Shown here: positions 10,857 to 20,235 of the stretch, one piece after another
How positions within the stretch are numbered: the stretch's first letter is position 1
Layout of the letters: each line of letters begins with the position of its first letter
NCBI GenBank assembly: GCA_001768615.1
Contig: MELE01000027.1
Location: forward strand, 52,778 to 116,777
Length of the DNA stretch: 64,000 nt
Direction: 5' to 3'
Source of the DNA: Acidobacteria bacterium RIFCSPLOWO2_12_FULL_67_14b
GTDB lineage: Bacteria; Acidobacteriota; Vicinamibacteria; Vicinamibacterales; UBA2999
The notes under the pieces: generated by a model
Database searches by the model: none
What the model was told of the DNA's origin: nothing
Seen by the model: only the letters and a program-made list of their open reading frames with translations
Made by a program: the position numbers and the translations under genes

Positions 10857-10912
10857 CCCAGCTTCCAGCTTCCAGCACCAAAGCACCAAAGCACCCCAGC
10901 ACCAAAGCACTC
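10857..10912. repeat. direct word array (CAGCTTC x2, AGCACCAA/AGCACCCC x4)
   Basis: Read directly. The reverse complement GGTGCTTTGGTGC resembles the GGTGCTTGGGTGC words at 48750. Confidence 0.85.
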
Positions 10913-10980
10913 ACAGTTTCTCACCCCATCCTCAGGACATCCCCACCCGCGCAGAACGACGATGACCGTGGAGGCTGGTC

Positions 10981-11844
10981 ATGGTTGGCTTACTGATCAC
11001 GTCGCTCGTCGTCGCGCTCTCATCCTCTCCATCTCCGCAACAAGGTCCGCCGCCGACGGTGGCGATCGCCGTGGCGCCCGCGGGAGACACGCAGGAACTG
11101 ACGCTGAAGGACGGCACGCGCGCGATTGGCCGCGTCGAAACCATCGAGGCCGGTCGCTTCACGTTCCGCACGACATCCGGCGCGGTGATGAGTGTGGAAA
11201 CCGACAAGGTGCAGTCGCTGGGCACGGTCTCGGGCCGTGTCGTGGCCGGGGACTTCTGGCCCGACGACTCCAATCCCACCCGGCTGTTCTTCGCGCCGAC
11301 GGGACGCGCGTTGAAGCGGGGCGAGTCGTACCTCGGCGTCTACGAGATCATGCTGCCGTTTGTCCAATACGGCATCACCGATCGCATTTCGGTTGGCGCC
11401 GGCACGCCGCTCATCTTCGGCAGCGGCGGCGACACGCCGTTCTGGGTCACGCCGAAGGTGCAGGTGCTCAAGGCGAAATCCACGGAGGCCGCGCTCGGCG
11501 TCATACACTTTATCAACGTCGGCGACGCCAATCTCGGGATCGCGTACGGCGTGGTCACGCAAGGGAGCGCCGACTCCGCGATCACGGTCGGCGCGGGCTA
11601 CGCCTACGTGCGTGATGAAGGCTCGGACGATGGTTCGGCGGTCGTGATGTTCGGCGGCGAGCACCGGGTGTCGCGGCGCCTGAAGCTCGTCACCGAGAAC
11701 TACGCGTTCGATGGCGGCGGCATCCTCAGCGGCGGCGTCCGGTTCCTCGGCGAGCGGCTCTCGGTTGATCTGGGACTGGCGTCGCCCCTCGGTGTTGACG
11801 TCTTCGTGGCGTTCCCGGTGATCAACTTCGTGTGGAAGTTCTGA
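10981..11844 (+). CDS. hypothetical protein, possibly an outer-membrane beta-barrel
   Basis: 287-aa ORF with a hydrophobic N-terminus, alternating beta-like segments and an aromatic C-terminus ...INFVWKF. Confidence 0.6.
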   Translation: MVGLLITSLVVALSSSPSPQQGPPPTVAIAVAPAGDTQELTLKDGTRAIGRVETIEAGRFTFRTTSGAVMSVETDKVQSLGTVSGRVVAGDFWPDDSNPTRLFFAPTGRALKRGESYLGVYEIMLPFVQYGITDRISVGAGTPLIFGSGGDTPFWVTPKVQVLKAKSTEAALGVIHFINVGDANLGIAYGVVTQGSADSAITVGAGYAYVRDEGSDDGSAVVMFGGEHRVSRRLKLVTENYAFDGGGILSGGVRFLGERLSVDLGLASPLGVDVFVAFPVINFVWKF

Positions 11845-11846
11845 TA

Positions 11847-11922
11847 CAGCCGTCAGCCGTCAGCCTTCGGCCGTCAGCCTTCGAGGGTCAGCTCTGGGCC
11901 GACGGCTGGAGGCTGACGGCAG
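11847..11922. repeat. CGTCAGCC-word hairpin element
   Basis: CGTCAGCC-type words x4 are followed by GCCGACGGCTGGAGGCTGACGG (reverse-complement words). It lies between convergent genes. Confidence 0.85.
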
Positions 11923-11957
11923 TGGCGCGATTCTCGGCAACTCAACTGAATTGTGGG

Positions 11958-14438
11958 CTAGCGTGGTGTGAGGGTCAGGGTTGACTCGGTGGGCCCGGGC
12001 AAGAACGGCGACGGCTCGCCGTTGAGCCACAGGCGGTACTGATCGTTGTAGTGCGGCGACAGGGGATGGCCGCTCTGGCCCGTCGGCACGTGCAGGATCC
12101 CATCCTCCTCGTGGCCCGGCGACACGGCCATGCGCTCCGATGGCCCGGCGCGTGGCGAGTGCGCGCGCGGGGTGTAGACGTCGCCCGGCAGCGGGTCCCC
12201 CGGCATGTTGAGGTAGCGGCCGAAGAACGGGATGCCCGACGCGAGCGGATGCCAGACCTGCGCGCGATTGAACTCGCCCCACGTGCGATCCGATAGCGCC
12301 GGTCCCGACTTGCGCAACTCGGCGATGGCTTCGTCGACCGCAGAGAGGATCAGTTCATCCCACGTCCTGAATTGCGGATCGAGCAGATGCGCGGGCCGCT
12401 CGGTCAGCAGCTGCCAGACCGGGCTCTCGCCGCGGAGCGATCGCGTGTAGTCGAACGACGGATCGATGCGGCGAGCGGGCGAGGTCAGCGTGGTCATCAC
12501 GCGAACCACGAGCGCGGTGCGGAACTGGCGCACCAGGCGATAGGCGACCGACCCCGGCGACGCGCGGCCGGTCCACGTCGTTTCGACGAGGCGGCGGAAT
12601 TCTTCTCGTTGGCGGGACTGAAGTCCCGCCTCTACGGCGCCCGGCTGGCGCAGCGCGTCGAGCACCAGCGTGCGCCAGCGATCGAGAAAGAGCGCGGTGT
12701 CTTCGAGCTGCACGTGCAGCATGTCCTGCGGCGTGGCCTTTACGATCGCCATCAGCCGATCGCGGATCAGGCGGGCGCGGATGCCGTCGGCGTATCCGCC
12801 CTCGCCGATCGTCGCGAGCAGGGCGCCGTCGACGACGGGGGCGTTGGCCGTCCAGATGCGGCCGCCGGCCGGATCGGCGATGCGCGGAAATTCCGCGGCG
12901 GGCAGGTAGCCGTCCCACCGGTGCGTGCCGTCGGCCCACGACGCCGGCGTCAGGCCGTCGTGTCCGACGCGCCGCGGGATGGCGCCGCCGATCGTCCACG
13001 CAATGCGGCCCGTGGTGTCGCCCATCGTGACGTTCTGATTGGGGATGCCGAGGCCGGCGACCGCGATCATCAACTCGTCGACGGTCCGGGCCCGTTCCGG
13101 CCTGGTGATGTCCGACGAGAGCGCGGCGGCGTCGTGCGCGATCCATCGCTGCGCGTACTCGCGGCCCTTCGCATCCTTCCAGACGATGGGGCCCCAGATG
13201 GTCCAGCGGACCTGGATGGTCTTCAAGTCCGCGCCCTTGGCCGCGAGGGTTTCGCGGTAGGTCTCGAACGGCTTCGCGCCGTCCGGCGTCAGGTACTGAG
13301 TCGCGTCGCGGGCGTCGGGATCGATCATCACGAGATCGCTCCAATCGCCGCCGCTGTTGGTGAAGCCCCACGCGACGTGGCCGTTGCTGCCGACGACCAT
13401 GCTCGGCAGGCCAGGGAGCGTCACGCCGTTGATGTGCTCGGTGGCCGCGGGCCCCGCGGGATCGGGAAACGCGAACGACGCGCGATACCAGATGGTCGGC
13501 ACGTTGATGGCCAGGTGCATGTCGTTGGCCACGAGCGCCGTTCCAGACGCCGAGTGCGCGGCATCGACGGCCCAGTTGTTGCTGCCGGCGATCAAATGCT
13601 CATCACGGAAACACTGAAACACCGAAGCAACGAACAAATCCTTTCCCAAAGGCTCGTTGCACGCGGCTTTGAGGAGAGGTTGTTCGGTGTTTCTGTGGTT
13701 CTGTGTTTCTGTGTGATGCATTTTTCGCAAATCGAATACGTCCGGCCCTGGTGTCGGCGGCCTGACGATCGCGGAGCCCACCACCGGCGTGTCCCACTCG
13801 GAGCCGGCCGTTGCCAGGAAGCGGAACATCGGCTCGGGCAGGCTGTCGCGCATGGCGCCCATCGTCTGCTCGAAGAGCCCCTGGCGCCCCTGCAGCGTGT
13901 TGAACATCGCGAGCACGGTGAGGATGGAATCTTCCGGCTTCCACGGCTCGGGCACGGCGCGCAGCACCAGGTACTCGAATGGCGCCGCGCCGAGCGCCGC
14001 GAGGCCGGTGTTGACGCCGGCGGCATAGGCCTCGAGCAGGCGCCGGTACGCCGGCTCGGTCTGTTCGAAGGCGCGATGCGCCACGTTACGGAAGCGATGC
14101 ACGCGCACGGCCTCGTCTGCTGCCAGCGCGCGGGGACCCACAAGACCCGACAACTCGCCGGCGGGCTGCCGCCGTTGCAGATCCATCTGGAAAAAACGGT
14201 CTTGCGCGTGGAGAAATCCCAACGCGCGGGCGACGTCCTCACGGGACTGCCCCGTGATGGTCGGCACACCGAGCGAGTCGCGATCCACTTTGACCGTGGC
14301 CGAAAGGCCAGGGACCCGGGAGGTGCCGTCGACCATCGGCAGGCTGGCGCGCACCTGCGATCGGGCGTAGACGCCGGCCATTACGATGAGGGCGCCGGCC
14401 ACGGCCAGCAGGACGATCACGTATCTCAGGATCCGCAC
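11958..14438 (-). CDS. penicillin acylase family protein (S45 Ntn hydrolase; AHL/penicillin/cephalosporin acylase-like)
   Basis: 826 aa. It carries the beta-subunit N-terminal nucleophile motif GSNNWAVDAAHSASGTALVANDMHL and an N-terminal TM/signal segment. GTG start. Confidence 0.9.
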   Translation of the reverse strand: MRILRYVIVLLAVAGALIVMAGVYARSQVRASLPMVDGTSRVPGLSATVKVDRDSLGVPTITGQSREDVARALGFLHAQDRFFQMDLQRRQPAGELSGLVGPRALAADEAVRVHRFRNVAHRAFEQTEPAYRRLLEAYAAGVNTGLAALGAAPFEYLVLRAVPEPWKPEDSILTVLAMFNTLQGRQGLFEQTMGAMRDSLPEPMFRFLATAGSEWDTPVVGSAIVRPPTPGPDVFDLRKMHHTETQNHRNTEQPLLKAACNEPLGKDLFVASVFQCFRDEHLIAGSNNWAVDAAHSASGTALVANDMHLAINVPTIWYRASFAFPDPAGPAATEHINGVTLPGLPSMVVGSNGHVAWGFTNSGGDWSDLVMIDPDARDATQYLTPDGAKPFETYRETLAAKGADLKTIQVRWTIWGPIVWKDAKGREYAQRWIAHDAAALSSDITRPERARTVDELMIAVAGLGIPNQNVTMGDTTGRIAWTIGGAIPRRVGHDGLTPASWADGTHRWDGYLPAAEFPRIADPAGGRIWTANAPVVDGALLATIGEGGYADGIRARLIRDRLMAIVKATPQDMLHVQLEDTALFLDRWRTLVLDALRQPGAVEAGLQSRQREEFRRLVETTWTGRASPGSVAYRLVRQFRTALVVRVMTTLTSPARRIDPSFDYTRSLRGESPVWQLLTERPAHLLDPQFRTWDELILSAVDEAIAELRKSGPALSDRTWGEFNRAQVWHPLASGIPFFGRYLNMPGDPLPGDVYTPRAHSPRAGPSERMAVSPGHEEDGILHVPTGQSGHPLSPHYNDQYRLWLNGEPSPFLPGPTESTLTLTPR
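13601..13718. repeat. CACAGAAAC-word hairpin element embedded in frame in the acylase CDS
   Basis: CATCACGGAAACACTGAAACACCGAAG...CGGTGTTTCTGTGGTTCTGTGTTTCTGTGTGATG. It is translated as MHHTETQNHRNTEQ...FVASVFQCFRDEH, just upstream of the SNNW processing site. A sibling copy lies at 26055..26163. Confidence 0.85.
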
Positions 14439-14509
14439 AGGAAACCATTATCCACTTTGATCGCAAGCGGCGGATCGCGCGGGTCTGGCCACTGGCGTAA
14501 CGTGTTCGC

Positions 14510-15610
14510 ATGATGCACCATGAAATCGTGCCCTCGACTTCCACTCCTGCGATGAGCGCCCTGGACACGCGCTGGAAGCCCCTGGCGGCGCGGGATGCCA
14601 GCGCCGATGGGACGTTCGTGTACGGCGTGACGTCGACCGGCATTTACTGCCGGCCCAGCTGCCCCAGCCGGCGTCCGCGCGCGGATCGGGTTCGGTTCTT
14701 CGACACCACCACCGATGCGCGCCAGGCCGGGTTCAGGGCGTGCAAGCGCTGCCGGCCCGACACCGTCGGCCTGGCGCAGCCCGGCGTGGAGGCGGTCCGG
14801 CGGGCGTCGGCCTATCTCGCCGTCCACGCGGATCAATCGGTGACGCTCAGCCATCTGGCTCGCGTCGCCGCCATGAGCCCGTACCATCTCCAACGCCGCT
14901 TCAAGGCCATCGTCGGCCTCTCGCCCCGCGAGTATCAGGCGGCGGTCCGTGCCGGACGCCTGCGTTCGAGCCTGCGCGACGGGCGCGAGGTGACCACGGC
15001 GATTTACGAGGCGGGATACGGATCGCCGAGCCGCGTCTACGAGGCGCCCCCCACCGGACGGGGCATGTCACCTTCGAGCTATCGCCGCGGCGGCGCCGGC
15101 ATGCGCATCGGCTATTCGACCATGAGCAGCCCGGTGGGCCAGGTGCTGATCGCCGCCACCGAAAACGGGGTTTGCGCGGTCAAGCTCGGTGAGAGTGCCC
15201 CGGCGCTTGCGCGCGACCTGCGACGCGAGTACCCGGCGGCAGAGATCGTGCCGAACCAGAAACCGCGGAAGGCGTGGGTCACGGCGATTGCCGAACACCT
15301 GCGAGGCGTGACGCCGTCGCTCGATCTGCCCATCGACGTCACGGCCACGGCGTTCCAGTGGAAAGTGTGGCGCGCCCTTCAGCGGATCCCCTATGGCGAC
15401 ACCCGCGCCTACGCGGAGGTTGCCAAGGCGATCGGCAAGCCCAGCGCCGCGCGGGCCGTCGCCCGCGCCTGCGCCACCAACCCGGTCGCCCTGGTCGTCC
15501 CGTGCCACCGGGTGGTCCCGTCCGCCGGGGGGGTGGGCGGCTATCGCTGGGGGGCGGAGCGAAAGAAGCGGATCCTTGCACATGAGCAGCGCCCGGCCAG
15601 GGGGAGGTGA
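14510..15610 (+). CDS. ada: bifunctional Ada: methylphosphotriester-DNA methyltransferase/AraC-type regulator plus O6-methylguanine-DNA methyltransferase
   Basis: N-terminal 4-Cys Ada zinc site (YCRPSCPS...CKRCRP), AraC-type HTH (SPYHLQRRFK), and C-terminal PCHRVV active site. Confidence 0.9.
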   Translation: MMHHEIVPSTSTPAMSALDTRWKPLAARDASADGTFVYGVTSTGIYCRPSCPSRRPRADRVRFFDTTTDARQAGFRACKRCRPDTVGLAQPGVEAVRRASAYLAVHADQSVTLSHLARVAAMSPYHLQRRFKAIVGLSPREYQAAVRAGRLRSSLRDGREVTTAIYEAGYGSPSRVYEAPPTGRGMSPSSYRRGGAGMRIGYSTMSSPVGQVLIAATENGVCAVKLGESAPALARDLRREYPAAEIVPNQKPRKAWVTAIAEHLRGVTPSLDLPIDVTATAFQWKVWRALQRIPYGDTRAYAEVAKAIGKPSAARAVARACATNPVALVVPCHRVVPSAGGVGGYRWGAERKKRILAHEQRPARGR

Positions 15611-15620
15611 CCGGATCTGC

Positions 15621-15693
15621 GCACCGTGGCACCCACCCCTTAGGCACCTTTGGCACACTAGGCACCCTTAGGCACGTTAGTATTTAGCGTGCC
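15621..15693. repeat. GGCACC-word array ending in a small hairpin over the next start codon
   Basis: gtggcaccc / ttaggcacc / tttggcacac / taggcaccc / ttaggcacg, then ttagtatttag, then cgtgcc. The 3' arm contains the GTG start of 15689. Confidence 0.8.
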
Positions 15694-16918
15694 TTCGATT
15701 CGTTACGGCGTCTCCCCCTGGACCGGCGCCGTTCCAGCCAAGAAGCGACCCGAGTTTCCGGCCTACCGCGGCGTGAGCACCGCGCCCGCCGTGATCGTGG
15801 GCGGCGGCATGGCCGGCGCCATGACGGCGTACGCGTGCGCCGCCGCCGGCGTAAAGACGATCCTGCTCGAGGCCGATCGCGTCGGGCTGGGCGGCAGCAG
15901 CCGCGCCGCCGGCCTGCTGTCGAACGAGGCGTGCGAGTCGTACCGGGACCTGGAGGCGCGGGCCGGCCGTCGCGCCGCGCGCGCCCTGTTCGAGCTGTCC
16001 GAGCGCGCGCCGCGCGAGCTGGCGACCACCGTCAAGCGGCTCGGCATCAAGGCGGGTCTCAACCTTCGGGATGCGTTGCGCGTGGTGCCGCCCGGGTCAT
16101 CCGACAAGTCGATCCGCCGCGAGATCGACGATCGACGGGCCGCGGGCCTGAACGGGTCGTGGGTCGTTCCGGCGTCGGTGATGCGCCAGACGGGAATCGC
16201 CTCCGCCGGCGCCATGCGGCTGCACGACTGGGGCTTTGTCGATCCCTATCGCCTGACCCTCGGGTTTCTGGCCGCCGCCACCAAGCGCGGCGTCAAGGTC
16301 TTCGAACGATCGCGCGTCAGGAAGATCACCTTCAACCGCAAGAACACCACGGCCTTTCTCGACGGCGGCGGGGCGATCACGACGTCGAACCTCCTGATCT
16401 GCATCGGCGAGCCGACCGATCTCTTCAAGCCGCTCAAGCGCCACCTGCGGCACGAGCATCGCTACGTGGTGCTGACCGAGCCCCTGCCCGCCGCGGTGCG
16501 CGCGGAAATGGGGCAGCGCGCCACGATCCTCACCGATACCGAGCTGCCGCCACACCGGTTGTGGCTGACGCCGGACCACCGCGCCCTGTTTGCGGGCGCG
16601 GATCAGAAGCGTCCTCCGGATCGGCTGCGGGACAAGACGCTGGTGCAACGAACGGGACAGTTGATGTACGAGCTCTCGCGGCTCTATCCTGCCATTTCGG
16701 GCGCCGCGCCGGCGTTTGGCTGGGACGTGCCGCTGGCGCACCCGGTGGACAGCGTGTTGTATGCCGGCGCACACCGGAACTTCCCCCATCACCAGTTTGC
16801 GTTCGGCACGTCGCACGACCCCGCCCGCGCGTATCTGGCCAGCCGGATCCTGGCGCGCGGCGTCATTGGCAAGGCAGAGAAAGAGGACGAGTTCTTCTCG
16901 TTCGCGCGGAACCTGTAG
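15689..16918 (+). CDS. FAD-dependent oxidoreductase (DAO family)
   Basis: VIVGGGMAGAMTAYACAAAG dinucleotide-binding motif and DAO-like length (409 aa). GTG start. Confidence 0.8.
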   Translation: MPSIRYGVSPWTGAVPAKKRPEFPAYRGVSTAPAVIVGGGMAGAMTAYACAAAGVKTILLEADRVGLGGSSRAAGLLSNEACESYRDLEARAGRRAARALFELSERAPRELATTVKRLGIKAGLNLRDALRVVPPGSSDKSIRREIDDRRAAGLNGSWVVPASVMRQTGIASAGAMRLHDWGFVDPYRLTLGFLAAATKRGVKVFERSRVRKITFNRKNTTAFLDGGGAITTSNLLICIGEPTDLFKPLKRHLRHEHRYVVLTEPLPAAVRAEMGQRATILTDTELPPHRLWLTPDHRALFAGADQKRPPDRLRDKTLVQRTGQLMYELSRLYPAISGAAPAFGWDVPLAHPVDSVLYAGAHRNFPHHQFAFGTSHDPARAYLASRILARGVIGKAEKEDEFFSFARNL

Positions 16919-16943
16919 CAAGGCAGAAGGCAGAAGAAGAGAG
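16918..16943. repeat. GGCAGAAGG purine-word array
   Basis: GCAAGGCAGAAGGCAGAAGAAGAGAG lies immediately upstream of the ATG at 16950, purine strand in sense. Confidence 0.85.
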
Positions 16944-16949
16944 CCCCCT

Positions 16950-17303
16950 ATGGCCGACTCCGGTATTTTTCGCATCAACCCCCTGCAGGGATGGCAACGG
17001 GAAGCCATCCTGAAGGCCGCCGCGCTGCTGCGCGAGAAGTTCGGTAACCCGCCGAGCGACCTGGCCGCGCGGGCGGCGCATGACGGCCTGCTCGAGGTGC
17101 TGGATCCCGCGCGGCGGACGGTTCGGCTCCAGAAGGAGATGTCGGAAGCGACGCGCAAGGCGGCGCTGACCGAACGCGCCGAACGGCGCGCCCGCGAGCG
17201 CCGCGCCGCCGATCGCCGCAAGGCCAACCTGGGACCGCCCGCGGGATGGCCGGAACGGCGAAAGGGCGAGCGCCGGGCCGGCGATCGGCGCAGCCGCAGC
17301 TAG
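16950..17303 (+). CDS. hypothetical small protein with Arg-rich C-terminal tail
   Basis: Internal ATG of ORF 16716..17303. It reads MADSGIFRINPLQGW... and ends with repeated ERR/DRR motifs. No family recognised. Confidence 0.5.
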   Translation: MADSGIFRINPLQGWQREAILKAAALLREKFGNPPSDLAARAAHDGLLEVLDPARRTVRLQKEMSEATRKAALTERAERRARERRAADRRKANLGPPAGWPERRKGERRAGDRRSRS

Positions 17304-17367
17304 GCAGCTATACTGGCTGCCTGAACCGCGCTACCTGAACTACCTGAACTTGGAGGCTCTTTTCCCC

Positions 17368-20235
17368 ATGCTGCGCACCCTGACGGCGTTCGTCCTCAGC
17401 CTTGCGATTGCTTCCTCTGCCGCGGCGCAGTCGACGGCGATCAACGGCACCCTCGAAGGCACCGTGAAAGACGAGCAGGGCGCCCTGCTGCCCGGCGTCA
17501 CGGTGGCCGTGGCCAACATCGACACCGGCGAGCAGCGCATCGTCGTGACCAACGAGAACGGCCTGTACCGCGCGCCGCTGCTGTCGCTCGGCACCTACCG
17601 CGTGTCGGCCGAGCTCCAAGGCTTCAAGAAGTTCGAGCAGACGGGCATCTCGCTGCGCGCGGGCCAGACGGCCGTGATCAACGTCACGCTGAGCGTCGGC
17701 GCGATCGTGGAAACGGTGACGGTGACCGCGGACTCGCCGCTGGTGGACCTGGCCAAGATCGAGCAGGGCCGCACGCTGAGTGAAGCCGAGATCAAGACGC
17801 TGCCGCTGACTTCGCGCAACCCGTACAACTTTGCGCTGCTGCAGCCGGGCGTGGTCGGCTTCGAGACCAACGAGTTCGGCGTGCCCCGCATCACCGCCAA
17901 CGGCGCGCTGCTGCGCGTGAACTACCAGGTCGACGGCAGCAACAACACCCAGAAGGACCGCGCGGGCCTGCGCCAGATGCCGATGTCGGAAGTGATGATC
18001 CGCGAAGTGAAGGTCGTCACCAGCGGCTACGCGCCCGAGTTCGGCCAGACCATGGGCCTGGTCTACAACGCGATCACGCCGTCGGGCACGAACACGTTCA
18101 AAGGGCAGGGCAGCTACCGTATGCAGCGGCAGTCGATGGTGGGCAAACCGTTCTTCGTGTCCGCCTCCGCGGCGAAGCCGCCGACCGACGTCAACCTCTA
18201 CACCTTCGATCTCGGCGGCCCCATCGTCAGGGACAAGACGCATTTCTTCGGCGGCTACGAGCACACCGAGCGCGACCTGTCGGGCCTGAGCGTGATCACG
18301 ATCTCGGCGGCGAACAAGGCGCTGCTCGGCCTGACCGAGCCGGCCTACATGCCGCGCGGCCTCAATACCGAGTTCGCGATCGGCAAGCTGGATCACCAGC
18401 TGAACCAGTCGAACCGCCTGTCGTTCCGCTACATGTTTTTCGACAACTTCATCACCGCCAACGTGGGCGGCGGCATCAGCTCCACGCAGCGCGCCACGGA
18501 CTTCGCGGACCGGCAGCATTCCACCGGCGCGCAGCTGATCTCCACCATCGGCGCGGGCGCGCTCAACGAGCTGCGCGTCCAGTACGCCACCCGGGCCCAG
18601 AGCCGTACGCCCAACGCGCTGGCCGGGACGGGACCGGCCATCAACGTCACCGGAACGGCCAACTTCGGTGGACCCGTTGCGGGCGTGGCGGATTCCGGCT
18701 TCGGCTTTACGCAGAACGTGATGCAGGTCAACAACAACACGACGCTGCTGCGCGGCAACCACGGGTTCAAGGCCGGATTCGACCTGCAGTTCGTGTCGGA
18801 CACGCGCACGGCGGCGCCGGCGCAGCTCTACACGTTCCCCAACGCGGCCGCCTACCTGGCGGCGCGCAATGGCACGAACCGGATGGGCTACACCAGCTTC
18901 ACCCAGTACTTCGGCCTGCCGAATCTCGAGTACGACAGCCGGCAGTACGGGTTCTTCGTGCAGGACGACTGGCGGGTGACGTCGGACTTCAAAGTACTTT
19001 ACGGCATCCGCTACGACCTCTACGGGCCGCCCGACGGCAATCCGAGTGCGCCGGTGGCGACGTCGCGTGAGTTCCCGACCTCGAACAACAACATTGCCCC
19101 CCGCGTCGGCGCGGTGTGGACGCTCGGCGAATCCCGCCGGTCGGTGGTGCGCGTCAACACGGGCATCATGTACGACCAGACGCTCAACGCGGTTTACGAG
19201 CAGGCGTTGCAGAACGACGGCACCAACGCCCGCGCGTCGGCGTCGTTTACGCCCACCCAGGTCGGTGCGCCGGCCTTCCCGGCGGTCCTGAGCACGGGCG
19301 CCGGCGCCCAGCCCAACCTGGCCTGGACGGTCGACGCCGATTTCAAGATCGCGCGCTCGTGGCAGAGCAACCTGCAGTTCGAGCATGCGCTGAGCGACCG
19401 CTACTCGGTCAGCGTCGGGGCGTCGTTCGTGAAGGGCTATAACCTGCCGGTCGTGACCAACATCAACCTGATCAACCCGACGGGCGCGTTGCCGGACGGC
19501 CGGCCGATCTTCGCCACCGCGGTCAACGCCGGCACCCGCGTCGATCCGCGCTACAACGTCATCAACGCCGTGCAGTCGCCCGGCGAATCGACTTACAAGA
19601 ACATGACGCTGCAGCTGACGCGCCGCAGCTCGAAGGGCATCGGCTTCGACTTCGCCTACACGCTGGGCAAGAGCGAGGACAACGCGCCGATCACCGGCGC
19701 GCTCTCGGTACAGGGCGACGCGGGCCGCTCCGACATGACGAATCTCGACCGCGACCTCGGCCCGAACATCCTCGACCAGCGGCACACCTTCGTCGGCAGC
19801 ATCGTCGCCACCCCGCAGTTCGAGCGCGGCGGCGCCGCCGGCGCGATCCTGAACAACAACGTGTTCGGCATCGCCATTCAGCTGGCCAGCGGCATCCCGG
19901 TGAACCTGCGCAGCAACCGCGAGTTGAACAACGACGGCACGGCCAGCGACCGCCCGAACGGCGTGGCCCGCAACTCGCTGCAGCTGCCGTCGCGCAAGAA
20001 CGTCGACTTCCGCTACTCGCGCCGCTTCCGCATCCAGGGCAACATGGCGGCGGAAGTGATCGGCGAGGTCAAGAACATCTTCAACACCGTGCAGGTCAAC
20101 GGCGTCACCGCGACGGTGGCGACCGACACGCAGGGCGTGCCGATCAACGCGCTGCCGACGTCGGGCAAGGACCTCGTGCCGACGGGCGGCTACGAGCAGC
20201 GGCAGTTCCAGCTCGGGTTTAAATTCACTTTCTGA
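17368..20235 (+). CDS. TonB-dependent receptor with N-terminal carboxypeptidase-regulatory-like domain
   Basis: Signal peptide MLRTLTAFVLSLAIASSAAAQ, then GTVKDEQGALLPGVTVAV..TGE.R.VVTNENGLYR (CarboxypepD_reg), with C-terminal beta-barrel end ...QFQLGFKFTF. GGAGG lies 11 nt upstream of the ATG. The ORF track starts at TTG 17350. Confidence 0.85.
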   Translation: MLRTLTAFVLSLAIASSAAAQSTAINGTLEGTVKDEQGALLPGVTVAVANIDTGEQRIVVTNENGLYRAPLLSLGTYRVSAELQGFKKFEQTGISLRAGQTAVINVTLSVGAIVETVTVTADSPLVDLAKIEQGRTLSEAEIKTLPLTSRNPYNFALLQPGVVGFETNEFGVPRITANGALLRVNYQVDGSNNTQKDRAGLRQMPMSEVMIREVKVVTSGYAPEFGQTMGLVYNAITPSGTNTFKGQGSYRMQRQSMVGKPFFVSASAAKPPTDVNLYTFDLGGPIVRDKTHFFGGYEHTERDLSGLSVITISAANKALLGLTEPAYMPRGLNTEFAIGKLDHQLNQSNRLSFRYMFFDNFITANVGGGISSTQRATDFADRQHSTGAQLISTIGAGALNELRVQYATRAQSRTPNALAGTGPAINVTGTANFGGPVAGVADSGFGFTQNVMQVNNNTTLLRGNHGFKAGFDLQFVSDTRTAAPAQLYTFPNAAAYLAARNGTNRMGYTSFTQYFGLPNLEYDSRQYGFFVQDDWRVTSDFKVLYGIRYDLYGPPDGNPSAPVATSREFPTSNNNIAPRVGAVWTLGESRRSVVRVNTGIMYDQTLNAVYEQALQNDGTNARASASFTPTQVGAPAFPAVLSTGAGAQPNLAWTVDADFKIARSWQSNLQFEHALSDRYSVSVGASFVKGYNLPVVTNINLINPTGALPDGRPIFATAVNAGTRVDPRYNVINAVQSPGESTYKNMTLQLTRRSSKGIGFDFAYTLGKSEDNAPITGALSVQGDAGRSDMTNLDRDLGPNILDQRHTFVGSIVATPQFERGGAAGAILNNNVFGIAIQLASGIPVNLRSNRELNNDGTASDRPNGVARNSLQLPSRKNVDFRYSRRFRIQGNMAAEVIGEVKNIFNTVQVNGVTATVATDTQGVPINALPTSGKDLVPTGGYEQRQFQLGFKFTF

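Noticed and set aside
14439-14509. Ada box upstream of ada (ACTTTGATCGCAA versus E. coli AAT-N6-GCAA)
   Set aside because: The match is only partial (ACT instead of AAT). The E. coli consensus may not transfer to this organism, so the evidence is too weak to call.
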